Notes: generated by a model from the letters alone, not told the origin. 48,897 nt of DNA, filler included, from Catajapyx aquilonaris (GCA_000934665.2; 2 parts of 2 records of this genome joined end to end with filler, not necessarily neighbours in it), one strand, 5' to 3'; shown: positions 12,969 to 27,256, counted from the first letter of the whole stretch. Numbers and translations are program-made.

Positions 12969-15090
12969 GAGGAACTATTCATTCGATCGCTGCTTCATGT
13001 TGATAATTTGGTAGTGCATTTCCGTCTTCTATGACGAAACCTATGCAATAATCAGATTTTACTACATTTGTACATGCATCTCTAATCACTGCAATTTTAG
13101 GTCAAAACCACGGGGTTTCCTCACCTGTAAATTTTCACTGGCAAGCTCTGCGTGACTGCACAGGACCGCCCCATCATAGAACGTCATTCGGGTACATAGC
13201 CAATCAATTAAAAAGCGGCCTTTGACCTGTGACGCTCCCGTCTCCATGCGGTTCGTTGCATTTGCACACGAACAAGTTGCCGATTCTAGAAACACTCTAA
13301 ATAATTGCGCAACCGGCAAAAAAAAAATATTCCTAGATACGTGTGTGGCCCCGACACCAAACAAGCCAGGTCGTTCAAAAATGTAGGCTAGCAATTAGCC
13401 CAGCACTCACTACATTGATTTGCACACGGTTTCTGGGAATACCTTTGACCTGACCTACTATACAGTCCCTTTGACCTATTTCGCAGTGCGACCTCCCCAG
13501 CGTGCCGACCTTGTTTCCTTCCCGACCAACCAAATGAACCGACGTGTCCAAGGCTTCCCATCCGATTAATTGGGTTAACAAGTTTGGTAACTAGGTTAAC
13601 CGCTGGACAGCTGGACCTCCACTCTTGACCATTTATTTGGAGAGTGGGGGATCATCGCAAAAATAAGTGAGCCGTAAAGGCTAGGGGGGGGGGGGGTGAG
13701 ACTGATGAAATGCGGCCATAAAAATGGATGGATAAAAAATGGCGGTTGCAGGTGGAGTCCAATGAAAATGTATGACGAGTCGATCCGGCAAGTGCAATGA
13801 ACCCTGACTTAATTGTCAGTTAAGCCAGTTTAAACTTAAAGAAGATATTTCCATTATTGTAATCATATAGAACCAGCACTCTCACAATCAGTAGTCTGGA
13901 AGTGTGTTAGGTAGGTGGGTGGGACAAACATACCAACAAACATTCTGCTTTGTATTATAAAGATTGGCTATAGGGACAGTCATTACCAGCTATAAACTGA
14001 CAGGTGAAACGGGGCATTAACCCTGAATTAAGACGAACACTTTCTGCATGCCGATTTTGCCAATTGCTTTTCTCCGCGAAATTCGACTCACTCATAAATA
14101 ACGGAATGAGACAGGTCCGGAGAATTGCGACACTTGTCTTTTTCCTTGGAAAAAGCGACGCGCGCGCCTGCTTTTCCCAGCGACAATGACAAAGAGCTCG
14201 TTCCTGACAATTAATGACGCAGATTCCCTTCGTAAGAGCCCCGACGGCTTTGACGTTTCCAAATGGCCCGCAAATTGGCAATCACACTCTCGTTACTTTC
14301 TCGGTTGGCTTAAAAAGGTACCGCAAATTGTGACAAGCTCCGTAGCTCGCAACCATCACTCTATGTTTGATCTATTCTTTTTTCTGCCACCACAGTAGGC
14401 TATCGATATGTCTGTCGGGATGAGTGAAAGGTCCCTTTCCTGCTTACTCTACCGTTCATTTAATTACGGAGTGTGTGATCAAATCACACGACAGGAGTGC
14501 CCCTAGAAAACCCACTCGAGCAGGAAGAGACTTCGCAATTTTTGGGCAAGAATAGGTAAAGTGAAAGGCCATATTGGAGATATTCATGAGCTTGAGAAGT
14601 GGGCATTCTCAAGATTCCTGCGCGTGTCTTAATGGAGAGAAGCACAGCACATTTCATCCCTTCCCAGTTGCCGAAATTGGCTTATAGGGAGAGGCTGCCG
14701 CATAAGCCCTATAAAAACATGGCCTATAAACCTACTTCCCGGGGATCCAAACGATGTTAGCCCGAATCCTGTGACAGCAGCCTTCTTGAGATGCGGACCC
14801 GTATAACAAACGAGAGCAAGACTTTGCCCACGGAATTGCTCTTCCTCCCTTTTCCTCCCAAGCTGGGCTATACCACTGTAATTTACTTGCACGACACAAA
14901 TTCGATTATCGAGTCAAGTAGCTATGTTATCTCATGAACCGACTCGATTCCCAGATTTTGTATATCTAGGTGTTTTCTGACATTATTACAGCCAGAATGG
15001 ATCAGTAGACTTAACCCATCAGATAGCGCCATACATGTATTACACTTGCACAGTCAAAATTTTAGTCATTACGTCAGTTCCTCATTTATA

Positions 15091-15220
15091 ATATTAAAAT
15101 TCTTCGTTGTATGACCGAGGCTTCTGATTGGCCCACCGAATATTGTTTGCGCGACTCTTCCGATTGGCCCCGCTTTGCGCCTGCGCAATGGGAGGAGGCA
15201 GCACCTCTGGTGGGTGGGAG
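15091..15220 (+). repeat. Dispersed repeat with CCAAT-like boxes, copy 2
   Basis: Collinear similarity to 12841-12968. Confidence 0.8.
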
Positions 15221-18200
15221 AAAGAACTAAGCTATAGCCTACTTGTAGTTCCTTCTCCCAACCACTCATAAAAATTTGTTGAAAAATTAAACAAACAATC
15301 ATTCGGGCATCCGACTGTATCAAAGAAAATTACAGAAAGATTTTGTGGACATTACAAGATTTTTTCCTTCGTACAACCGGCCCCATATTTCCTTATAAAA
15401 TCTGAGCCCGTTCTAACCATCCGGAGTGGGTCCATCAAGCTCCAGCTAAGAGTTCCCATGAAGGTTTCATCACGCAACCGATCAGCCAATATTGCCATTG
15501 GCCCCGATGCTCGATTAGACCCGCCATTCCCGCCCTCGGCAGGAAAAAAAATCTTTTTTTCGTGGGTCTGGGCCCAATGAATCTTGCTCCAAGCCAGGCA
15601 CTTCCCTGCCGGTAATTCCAGGGGCGATGAAACCGGTTTCATGGCCCCCACTCCGACACCTTCTCCCCACCGGAAGTAATTTTGAAAGGGCAATTAAAGC
15701 GACGGAGGAAGAGACACCGCGGATTTTGGCAGCACTCCCGAGAACACTGCTGGTTACAAGTGTTGGTTCAGGGTTGCTAGTGTGAGCAAATAGAAATCAA
15801 TCAAATTTTTTCCCCCCATGATTGAAAGGGATTTTTTTCGGATTTGTAAAGAGTTCTCGAGCCAGAAGTGACACAGAGGCCTCTGGCTCGACTCCAAGGC
15901 AATGCAGACTTCCAGTTTGGCTCCGGACAGCTACATCGTATCCGCATTGACATTGCTCTTGTTTTTCAGAGTGCACGTCCCCTGTTATTTGCACTCGGGG
16001 TCTGGGCTCCATCCTGCCACAGACAAGGTCTCTCAAAATCAACAATCCAGCATAATGGGGCCCGCACGATCTACCGCCGATTACTCCTGACCTTATCAGG
16101 GGGCCAGATGTCATGTAGGCAAAATTTACGCAATAGGTCTGATCAACTAATGGTGAAAGTGGAAAAAAAAGTTGTTTTTGCAAATCTTCCTGCATGGTAT
16201 ACTGTAATACACTGTACGTTTTGATTACATTCTTATCATATACATGCCTGAAGTAAAAAAAAATAAATTGCGATTCTGACTGTACAGGTAGCTTAAAAAT
16301 GGCAAAAACAGCTTCCAGGGAGAAAATATTCCGCAATAATTTCAAGGAAGGAAATCACTTCCTGTTCCTTTTTAAATGCAACGAATGTTAATACCAGATT
16401 GTGCAGATTTTTTAAAAATGTAGGCGTGCTGTAAAATTTAATCGGAAAGGTGCATGCCTGAAGGCACAGCACATATTCATGTCCGTGCATGCAGTGAGAG
16501 CAGCCAGTGTACCAAAATGTTCAGAACAAAGTGCAGGTCAGCCAGTGGATAGATTTGGCCAAAATAAGACCCAGCTTGACTGATATGTCGGCAAACCCTG
16601 GACACTCGCTGCTTATATCCTGGAGTCTCCAAGGGGTATAGGAATGACGATACCCAACAGTCTCGCACTGTTTTTATGCTTCTGAAGAAGATTGTTTTCC
16701 ATTACCATACGAGAGGGTTGAAGTCAGAGTTGCAATATTTTTTTCTACCCCCCATATTTTTCTCTCCGGCTTCAAACAGGCTTTATTTCTGTTTCGAGGA
16801 GATATAAAAAGCGCCTTGCAATAACTCAGCTTCCAGTTTCTACAACTCGAAAAGACAGGCTCACCTCTCTTCCTCTATACCACCCTAAAAATAAACTTCC
16901 CACGCTGGACTATACATCTTGCTTGCAATGTCAAGGCTAATGTTAGTGAAAGAGTAAACCGAGGCTGGCCATTTCCATTGCAACTCTTTTATTCTCATTC
17001 CTTTTCTTTGCCAGCCTCAGGATTGGAATTGGTGGCACCTTAGCCTCCCTCCCACCCACCCACTCCTTTACTTTGCTTAGAAAATTTGCAAGTCAATGGA
17101 TGCCTCTGCCCAGAAACTTTCAGCATTATCATAGCCCGGAATGTATTCTAATCCCCTCCTTCTCAGTTCTTGAGAACCTCCGGACTTGTTTGTCTCTTCA
17201 AGTGCCTTCAGAATCCCTCAAGGACATGGCTTTTGTCACGTTTTGCAATAATTATTCGACTCCTGATATCACATCTGATCCATTAAGAAATTCATTAGTG
17301 AGTCTTATACCAGCAGCCAAACGTATTTGCATGGGAATATTCACAGGATTCGGGCTGTTAACCTGTTAATGAAAACCACGTGCCCTCTTTTCTGCTGAAG
17401 AAACTAATGGTCACTGGAAGAAAACAAAGGAGCGTGTTCTATGAGGGCAATGATTCTATTTCCTCCACAACACATAGGATTTTTTTGGTCGGTGTAAAAG
17501 GTCAAACGTGCTCGATCATTTACAGAATGGATTTCCAGCGTATTGTTTGACCTGCTTCTATGTTCTTGAACCCCAAAAGCCTCATCATTCTACCCCCGCA
17601 ACCGCACGCATGCACTGGTGTTATACCCCAGGGGGGAATGTCATATGCAAAAACTCATTGATGCAAAAATTCCGCATCGCCGATTTACTTGAAAAATTAC
17701 CCATACCCACCCACCATTTTTATTTTTTTGCGAACTGACATCAAAGTGCAGTCTGCAAAAATAATCGGAGACTGCTCTTCCCTTGCTCGTTGATGCATTT
17801 CCGTTGCTGAAATGAGATCAAAATGACCGTAATATTTTATTGTAATGCTCGCTAGCTTCTGGTTGCAAAAAAAAACTAGTTATATAACAACCAACTGGAT
17901 GATTCAATTTAAAGTTCCAAGCAGGACGTGTAATAAAAAGTAACGAAAAAAGTTGTGTAATATCATCAACAAATGGGAAATGGTGAGTATTGAAAGAGAC
18001 TGTAATTGAAATTGATGAGCATTAAACAATAATTTTACGTCCATTTTTGTCGAATGTAACAGACGTGATGTTAAACTTTGACGAACTAAATCCATCTCAG
18101 CAAACATCCTACGTTGCACATTATTATTTGCCCAAATTACTCCGAGCCATTGTGCAATACGCAAGGGAATTTGCAAGTTAACAGAGTTTGCTCTCTGTGG

Positions 18201-21169
18201 CCTGTGAAACTTTGAGGGTCTCTGAGTCACCAAAAATAAAGTCGGCACTCAGAATTCAAACGTGCCCACCGAGTACACATCGCACCGTGACAAATGAACC
18301 TGAACTGTGTGGGGCCGGTCAAAGTTTACATGCAACTTTAGGAGTGAGACACAAGCTGTCGCCATTTCCTCTCTTTTGGGGACCCCCCTCCCTTCCTCTT
18401 TTGGGCAAACTTTGGACCTCAAGTCAGGTTCCTTTCTACCCGGACGAGCAAACTCCAATTCCTCGGCCCACTTCAGCCAAAAGTAACCGGAAAGGACAAT
18501 ATCTCAGCCAGCACTCGCCATATCTCAACAGAAAGGCTTATAGATATAAGCCTTTAAACGGCCTTCCCGCCACTTGGCTTTGAAATGGACGGAAAGAATT
18601 CTGCAAAAAAAATGGCAGAGATTCTTCTGCACACTGAGGGGGGTTCTATTTTCGCCGCTTATAATGAGCTCCGGGCCCCATTTGAATTCTGATAATCAGG
18701 AGCACAATGAGCGCCTCAAAGTCTGCCAGATAGGAGTCAAAAAAATTGGTGGGGCGGAAATAATTATTTTTTGGATTATTCCATGGGCGGCTTTATCAAC
18801 GACAGGCGACTTCCCTGTCGACCGGAAGACGCCCAAATTGCCATTTAACAAGGGCTGATAGAAGGGGGGGAATGTCACCCGAGGATTTTTTTTAAAAGGG
18901 AGAAAAAAATGGCAAAAGGTCAACACGCTATCTTACAGCCAAACCCATTGCCCAGAGCCTGCGTGTGATAATCTAAACATCACTTGATTAAAAATTTAAC
19001 CTTATACTGTAACGGCTAATGCAGTCTGGGTTAATCGAATTGACTCGCCGTACTATATAGACCCTATAATTTCACTGCAGAGCCTTCGAGATACAATGTT
19101 GGAAGCTGTCAGAGATTTCTGGTCCAACTACAGTGTGTGTATACTACAGGGTGGTACATGGTCCAAGAGCAAATCCAAGAAGTAGTGGATTTTATTCAGA
19201 AACTGTTCATTCTCGTTAAACTGGTTTGTGGCCACCTACGTCATGATGAACTTATTTTAATTTAAAAGCAAGTTTGAAGGGCATAAAGTAATTGTTTTTG
19301 GAGTGAGATTCATGTTAACTGGATGCGTCTCGATTACCAGCCGACGAGACGCCTCCAGAGAAAAGGAGGAAAAATTCGAGCGCAAATCAAAGTCTGGTCT
19401 GTACGTACCAAAGCAAGCTTGACCAATGGCCATCTCAAACTTTGAAAATTGAAGACGTCAGCGCCAAGTCTCAAGTTCTCACTTCTTTTTCTTCTCCTCT
19501 TCTTCTTTGGGCTGGAGCCCACGCACGCCAAGCGATCACGTATTGAGGTCAGGTTGTTACTCTCAAGTCACTTGGAAGAGTTTTTGGCGCCTTTCATGCT
19601 CGACCTCTAGCTATACCAAAACTCCAGCCTCAGCAAAGCATCTCCCAAACCTGAGCTTCCACCATTAATAGGAAACCGTGGAGGTCTTGTGAAGGCGTCA
19701 GTGTCTAATTACTCTCCTGCCAGCGTGATCATTCAGGAGTCTGACATTTAGGCTTTACGCAGACGGATTGGGAATGAATGAACGGTGCTAGACCTGCCCG
19801 CAACTGTGTAACGGAATGCCCTTCGCAGATTAGCACCTCCAAAGCTCATTAGCTCATTAGCTTGTAATGTATACAGGATGGTTCACTGCTCAAGTTCAAT
19901 AATATATGATGAGGTAAATAAATAACTAGATAAATTTTACCAGCTTGCAAATAAATCCTGGATCCTATGGGAAACTTTCCTATATATTTCAGAAATATTC
20001 GTGTCCCCTTCTGTTTTATTGTTATTATCCGTCTGCCCTCCGTAATAATCGAAGGAGCGGTGTGCACAGGGAAAAACGGTCGCCATGAGAATCGAAAGTT
20101 CCTCTTGTGCTGGAAGAGAAGATAATGGAGCCTCCTGGCTACATTAGGCTTCCTCGAGTGCGGACCAAGTTCGCCACGTCTTCCTCCAAAACCTCAACTT
20201 TCCAACTTTGCCCATTTGTTTCCAAGAAAATAATCCTGGGGAGGGAGAGAGCGAGAGAGAAGCAATCCGCCTGAACTCTATCGAGGCCGAGACACACTTT
20301 TCTTCTTGCTCTATACATACATTTCGAGCTGCATGTTCACTTATAGGACTTTGAAAAGAATCGCTGCCTGAAATTCCTTCTGTATACGCACATTTTGACG
20401 AACACAGAAGGGAATTAAAATGTTTTTAAGTTACCTTTTCCAAATGACATCAGGAGCTATACTGTAGTTCCGATTTTTCCTGCTGATGACATTTTCCAAG
20501 TGTATGGTTTTAATAATTACACGCCCTTTTGATCCCGTCCATTTGAATCACCTTTCACGTGTAAGTCATTACAGGTTACATAAAATTGACGTCATTGCAA
20601 ACTCGCTCAAAATTAAGGGAAAAGCAACTCACGCCCACAGGTGTACGGTTAGCTCTGGCGTCATCTGTAACTATAGTAGCTATATAGGTCTTCGGCGATT
20701 GGGTCCGATATACGTACAACTGCTGCAGCTAACACCGTCAGTTTCGGCCACACTCTTCTTCTAATTTGATCAAAGTTGTTGTCCACCCGATGGGGTATAT
20801 AGAATGGCTGGAGCGGAATTAACTCGTGCAAACACCGCTGCCTGCTGCTCACTTTGCGCCAAGGAAAAAGACCGGAACTGCGCTTTACAAAGTTCATTTG
20901 AAGCTCACTGGAGCAACGTTTATTAAACGCAGAGGTTTCCCTGGCTCTTTTCTGCTCTTTTCAAGCCGCTTCCAGTATTCGTTTACAAGGCTAACCGAGC
21001 GTCAAGGAAAATACCATCATATGCCCAGCTCACAATAACATCATCGGGTTATAGAGCGGCTCTATACCATGCTATTCCGCTCGAAACTACCACGATATTA
21101 TGTTATCCGCCACCATTACATCAAAAAGAGTCCACACCTTCATGCCACTGAATTAGCCCGAAGTTAACA

Positions 21170-21330
21170 GACTCTTTCTCACAAAAAAAAGGTATTGTAG
21201 AACGGCTATGTCCGTCCGTCTGTGTACATGTATCAGGGCCTACACTGCAAGAGATAGTGACAAACGGTTTTCGGATTCTGATTCAGAGGACCTTAAATAG
21301 CTAGGTTTCATGGTCAACTTCAGCGGCCCG
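21170..21330 (+). mobile_element. Possible DINE-1/Helentron-like non-autonomous element fragment
   Basis: AAAAGGTATTGTAG followed by GCTATGTCCGTCCGTCTGT, the (GTCY)n motif typical of such elements. Confidence 0.35.
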
Positions 21331-22352
21331 CCACGTCCGGTTTTATGGGTACACTGTATCCGCCAAGTCCACAGGTACACCATGGCAACGAGAAATGATA
21401 CTGACAACATTCTATGTCAGTGTTGTCCAATTAATTACTAGAATCCCATGTAGTCGTCGGCCCGCTGTCTAATGAGAAAAAAAGTAGTCTACACGAATCA
21501 CGCTCGCTGTGATTTGCCAGTCTTATTTTGAGAATAAATTATTTTCATCAGCAGGGCCTACATCAGTAACTACTATTCAAGTTACTCGATTTCAGTTTCG
21601 GTCACTGAACAGCAATGGAACACAGCGATTTAAAAATGCAGTAGGGGGTCAAATAATTAACCAAGCCCTCTCAAAAACCCCGACTAATTATTCTGGGCTT
21701 GTATGAAGATGCCCTGGAGCTAGCCAGACACACAAGTCCGGCTCATCAAAGTTGCATTAGAGCACAGTAAGCAAAGGTCTCCGTACAGTTGATCCCTTCC
21801 GGATATTACGAGGCGTGGGCACTCCAAAATGCCTTCATGTTACGGATGCGGAAGACAAGAGATCAGGGGGCTTTGAAGCTGAGGAGATGATGCATATACC
21901 GTGACATTTCGATGTCCTCTGCATGTATACACTGTCCCCAGGAAATGAAGGTGAACTGAACTCTTTTCTTTTGGAGACTCGGCCGACTGCACTCAATCTA
22001 AAATAGCTCTCAGACGAGGTCTTCACAGTATTCCCCCAGTATCCATTAAGCTTCCCCTTTAAAAGGTCGGCACACTGGTTTTTGTTTACTCAGCCATAAA
22101 CAGTGTGTGGGGTTTAAGGCGCAATAAACCCCCCAACCATTGATCCTAGTCTGAGAACAAGCTTCGTTCATGTTGCACTGTAGCAACAATCTATCACATC
22201 AATGCTAAATGTTGGAGAAACTCTTCATATCTTATTAAAACTTGTGAACCTGTTGCCAAAATTAGGCAAAACATGTAATCAGTGACAATCGAACAACTTT
22301 AATGAGATGCCTCGCCGATTTACAGTGTAGTGCTATTTTCCTAGATGGTGCA

Positions 22353-22565
22353 CAGCGGCGTAGCCAGGAAATTTGTAAGGGGGGGGGGGGCTATGTGAGG
22401 GTAGAAGGAAGAGGCCCGCCGCAGGCGAAATTTTTTTTGCTGTTCAAGCTCACATAAGCTACAATATTTGCGCATGTGCGTTTTAACACCTTAACGAAAT
22501 TGCGGATTGGAACTATATTTTTTGGGTCCAGGGGGGTGGTTGCATACCCCCTCTGCACACTCCTG
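22353..22565. mobile_element. Degenerate MITE (CAGCGGCGTAGCCAGG...G-run type)
   Basis: Left end CAGCGGCGTAGCCAGG plus poly-G; right end CCCCCTCTGCACACTCCTG is an imperfect inverse; no TSD found. Confidence 0.4.
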
Positions 22566-24380
22566 ACACCCCCAAATCGTGCGAGAGATAGCGATACTAT
22601 CCAGTCGGACAAACATCCGACGGAGAGAATAGGCCTATTAGGAGAAAGATATTGTCATGTCGTTCCGCTATAGAATATCGGAAGAAAGCAGCATGCGCCA
22701 TCTACCGATTTCCTTCCCAACTTCTTGCATAAAACATATGGTAGCTGTGAGTTATATACATGATAACGACCATTTATGACTAGCGCACTGCATAATCTGC
22801 CGGCTAATCTTGTATTTAAAATCATGCACAAGAGTGTACATTATTACAGGCTCCCACTGCAATATGGGAACAGATTCACTATATACATGGGTGACACTAA
22901 TGACTCCATGACCTCTCTCGTGCAATTGATGGCCACAATATCCGTGCAGTATTTTCTCTGGGAGTACATTATTGCAATTATTGGCACGCGTTGCTTTGCA
23001 TACAGGGTTGCTCTGAGAGGGTCGGGTGGCTAAAAATCCCATTACATCCGGTGCATGATATTGCGCGGATCAGATCATGTCGTATATGCCAAATCGATTT
23101 ACGAGGGACCGTCCTAATGTGTACTCTGTCAAAACAGTCTATTCAAATCCAATATCAAATAGACGGGGAGTATATTGGATTTTTTCCCCTCTGTCATTAT
23201 ATGGGACGCACGTGTAACTAATATTCAGCAGGCTGGAGATCTCACTTTTCAGTTGATTAGGGGCAAACCCTGCTGGACCCAGAATCTAAATAAGCCAATG
23301 TTAATGAAGATATTTATGTGCAATCTTATTGGTACTCAAAATTTGTAAAATAATTACATCTTGAATTACATAGTTCATTATTAAACTTTAAAGTAATAAA
23401 AAAACTCGGCCTTTTCCCACTTCTTAGTAGGCCTACTAGGCTAATCGAAATGAACAACCAGAGTATAATTATTTTGGGTGGATTTTTGTCAAAATTATGT
23501 CCTATTGTCGCGAAATATGTTCGGGTATGAAATAATAATTTCGCGATGGAAGAACAAGTCTGGATTATTATTGTCCTTTCTGCATCAGAAATCGGGAGCA
23601 AACAAGAATATGCAAAGTGATTATGCAACGTTCATATACGCGGCACAGGTTTTGCCTTCATCGCATCGTGCAATACTGCTGCGCAGTAAAACTTTATCAA
23701 TACTGTATACTAAAGCCTCGCTGTATATGCACTGTAGTATATGCCCCGGTTGCAAACCTTGTGTACATGTCGGTCTGCCAGGAGTAATGACATGCACTTC
23801 CGGTAACCAGCAGTTGACTTTACAAAGCCCTTGCTGGGCTGAAGGACGGCCAGGTTGTATGACCGCAAACTAAAAGTGACCATGAAATTTAGTCGTAAAT
23901 TTCATGCAATCAGACAAATTCTTATTGATTTACCTAATAATTATTATTCCAGGTTGTAGCATAATATTATATTCGCTGGCTGAAACAATAAACTCTTTGT
24001 CTTGCGCTAATTTTGCGAAACACCTGTAATTACATAGATGAAAGCAAAATAGCCTTAGGAAATACATCCTCCTCTCTTTCAAAACAAAGGCTTATAATTC
24101 ATTCACAGCAGAGGTTTTTGGTTCATTATATCTGAAAAATGTCAATCCTTAAATTTTCCGTCATACACTGCATATACTCTTTTGTAATCGGATGTTACCG
24201 GCAATGCAGAGGTCAACAAACGCATTAATTATTTCAACTACTATATGTAATCTTGCACTCTATTAAATGTGAATGTGCTCGTTCACTGAAAACCTGGAGT
24301 GCATAATTTTATTCACTTACCAACTTGAAACTGGGACAGGTGAATAATTTCACTTTATTCATTTCGAATGCATTAATATA

Positions 24381-24480
24381 NNNNNNNNNNNNNNNNNNNN
24401 NNNNNNNNNNNNNNNNNNNNNNNNTTAATTAATTAANNNNNNNNNNNNNNNNNNNNNNNNNNNNNNNNNNNNNNNNNNNN
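24381..24480. other. Artificial assembly linker (44 N + TTAATTAATTAA + 44 N)
   Basis: Exactly 100 nt and symmetric; the central 12-mer has stops in all six frames. Confidence 0.95.
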
Positions 24481-25266
24481 GGTTGTCACTTTCACATATT
24501 CATACCTGGACTACAATTGACCAGCCCTGTAATTTTGGGTCCGATCGGTGACATGTTGGTGCGGATCATTCCCTTGTGAGTGCCATGTGAGTGCCATGTG
24601 AAATAGGTAAGCTGACAGGGCTACATCATAATAGGCAGTGGTCTTAATAGTAAGTGATAGTAATCACAGATTACGATAAGGGCACGAAATGCCTGGGGAG
24701 TGGGCTGCTATGATGGGAGTTTTTTTTCTGGTCATGGCCCTCGGGGGGTAGGTTACTGTGCAAATAGTAATGGTATAGCAAGATTTTGTGTCTATAAAAG
24801 GGCTGCTGGCATTTCTGTCTCTAAATCAGGAAAAAAGCCCGATGATGATGAGTTAAACCGAGTTAAACCAATACCAAAGAATAAAACAGCTTGTAATGAA
24901 AAGAGAGCTAGCTAGAAAATGCAGTTTAATATATATGTTTTGTGGCAAGAGCTCTACAAAAATCATAGCTGATAACTTTGATATCCTATTATTTTGCATC
25001 ACAAACAAAATTAGTGAGTGTACAGCAGGGAGTATGGTGTACAGTACTCTACTGTACGTATACTGATGACATAATTACCATATGCCACAAGTAGCTGGTT
25101 TAACAAGTTAGAACTGCCGCTCTTGTTTCATGATTAATTACCACTTTTCACTCATTGGTGGCAAGTACGGTAGTTAAATGAGAAAAAATAAATTTAAAAT
25201 TAAATAATAAATAAATAAATAAAATAGATAAATACACATTAATTAAAAATTAAAACAGTGTGTACA

Positions 25267-25571
25267 GTAATTCCAACACTGACAGTTTTTTTGCGCCCCG
25301 AACATCGTTCCGAATGCATCCAGATCACGTGATCCAGACTGTAGCGATACGATGCGAGTGCGACGTTCACTGACACTGACACAACTGTGAGCGTCTGTCT
25401 GAGCCTGTCTTTGTCTTGTGAGCACATGATTGTGGTATCAACAGGTTAGAAATTGCTCTCTATTCCGTATCGTTAATTTTCCATTGCAAGTCTATTTTCT
25501 CCTTGCTCACATACTAATACGTCTAGTACATGTGCTAGTATACTGCATTCTCTTGTGACTTGTGTGCATGT
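25267..25571 (+). repeat. Duplicated segment (paralog of 27319-27641 plus 30423-30441); possible promoter/5' exon
   Basis: GTAATTCCAACACTG, TCCGAATGCATCC, CAGGT..AAATT, TTTTCCAYTGCAAGTC and TGCTAGTA..TGCATTCT shared in order. Confidence 0.65.
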
Positions 25572-26540
25572 ACTGATGTACGTTAGCGTAAGAAGTAGAG
25601 GGTGCATGGGTGGCACAGCCTGGACGAAGAGTTGAAGTAGGCCTACAAATACAGCTTGGGAAATGTTGATTAATTTCTTGCAACCTTATCTGGGGCCAGA
25701 TGGTAAAGCAAGTGCAAGAAAATGCAGTATGAGTTACTTCTGTGCCAGTGCATGCTCAAAGTGTTGATTCCTTGGTACTAACTGCCTGCTGCTCAGCTTG
25801 CTGTCCACTCCAACTCTCTGACCTGTTCTTTTGTTCAGTTCTATGCTCTTCTTCTACTCTGTTATAGCAGGGCTATCTGGTCCGTTACCAGCTACTCCCC
25901 TGATTTGGACAACAATGCTATGCAGTCTTATCCGTTGTTTTCTTGGTTGAAGCACTTATACCAAGAGCTAATAACTCTTGCTTATACTTTAACCCCCGAC
26001 TTCACACAATGGTTGTGACAAAAACTTTAAACATCTTGGCTTATATTCTTGTGTAGGGCTGGCGTCCTGGCGACTGTTTAATTTAGGGTTGATTTATTAC
26101 TTAATTTAGGGCCAGTGTCTGTAGAAATAATACAAATGTTAGTTACATTTCAATGAATAGCCACTGCCCACTGGTATTGAAGTTCGTCGTCTGCTAGAGG
26201 TCGGATGTGTTGGGGCGTGTTAGGGGAGCAGAGGCGGCCAGGCGGGAAGGGGAAGGGGGATGGTGGTGGTGGTTGCTGAGGGGTAGTTCAAGGCCAAGCC
26301 AACCCTGGGTGGTGTAGTGAGGGTGGCGAAGGGTTCAACTAGGCTCTGGGTGCAACATCGTGCCTGTGACATGAAAATCAAATGTGACATAAAACAAATG
26401 CGTATGACATCAAAATGTGACATTTGCTGTACACCCTGTATCGCGGTGCTTGGAAATGTCATTCTCCCACCATGAAAACAGGATGCATACGCGGGAGTAA
26501 ATCCAGCGGTTTTACTGCCTTTCCCCAAGCTTTCCCGTGT

Positions 26541-26662
26541 TGGGTTGGTATGTTGTACCCTGAACCGAACCGAACCACGTTCCGACGCGACGCTCGCTCC
26601 GACGAACCGGGTTCGATGTTATCGGGTTCACGGAACAAGGGTTCGGTTCGGTTCACAACCCA
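26541..26662. mobile_element. Small palindromic MITE with (GAACC)3/(GGTTC)3 subterminal repeats
   Basis: TGAACCGAACCGAACC at 26561 and GGTTCGGTTCGGTTCACAACCCA ending 26662. Confidence 0.55.
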
Positions 26663-26964
26663 TTAAAACAGGTGTGCGTAGGTGTGTATACTGTATACAG
26701 TAACTGTATTCTGGGCGTCAGAGAGAAGAAACGGCAACTAGGGTATACAGGGCGAGAAATAAGAGAAAAGGTTTGAGGGGAAAAGCCGGGGGGACGGGGG
26801 GAAACCATGGGGGAAACAAACACTTGCTGCCTTTGTGTTTGTTCATAGCGGTACCCAGCTGGCCGATCGAGGCCATACCCTATATCGCGCGTACCGCCCC
26901 ATACTGTACTACGGGCTCAGTTTGGTGGGCTTGGAAGAGTGTGTTTATTCACCCTCCACCGATA

Positions 26965-27256
26965 CTGTACTCCCGATTATCCGGGTTCGAATTATCCGTG
27001 CATAGCCATAAACAAAAGTTAGAAATGAAAGTCCGAAAGCATAACAATATGTCTCGCAAACAAAGATATATGCCTGTAACAGACTCTTTCTAGAAAGGCA
27101 ACTAATCTATTGTTAATTTTATTATTTTGATTTAACCTTGTTTACTTCTGAACAGCTCATTTTACGGCATCTAGGACCATTTTCGGAATATCCGTGTTTT
27201 CCAATTTTCCGGGCACACTCTTGCATTCATTAGCACGGATAATCGGAGTGCAAGTG
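26965..27256. mobile_element. pogo/Tigger-like MITE
   Basis: Imperfect TIR CTCCCGATTATCCG / CGGATAATCGGAG, flanked by TA on both sides. Confidence 0.6.
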
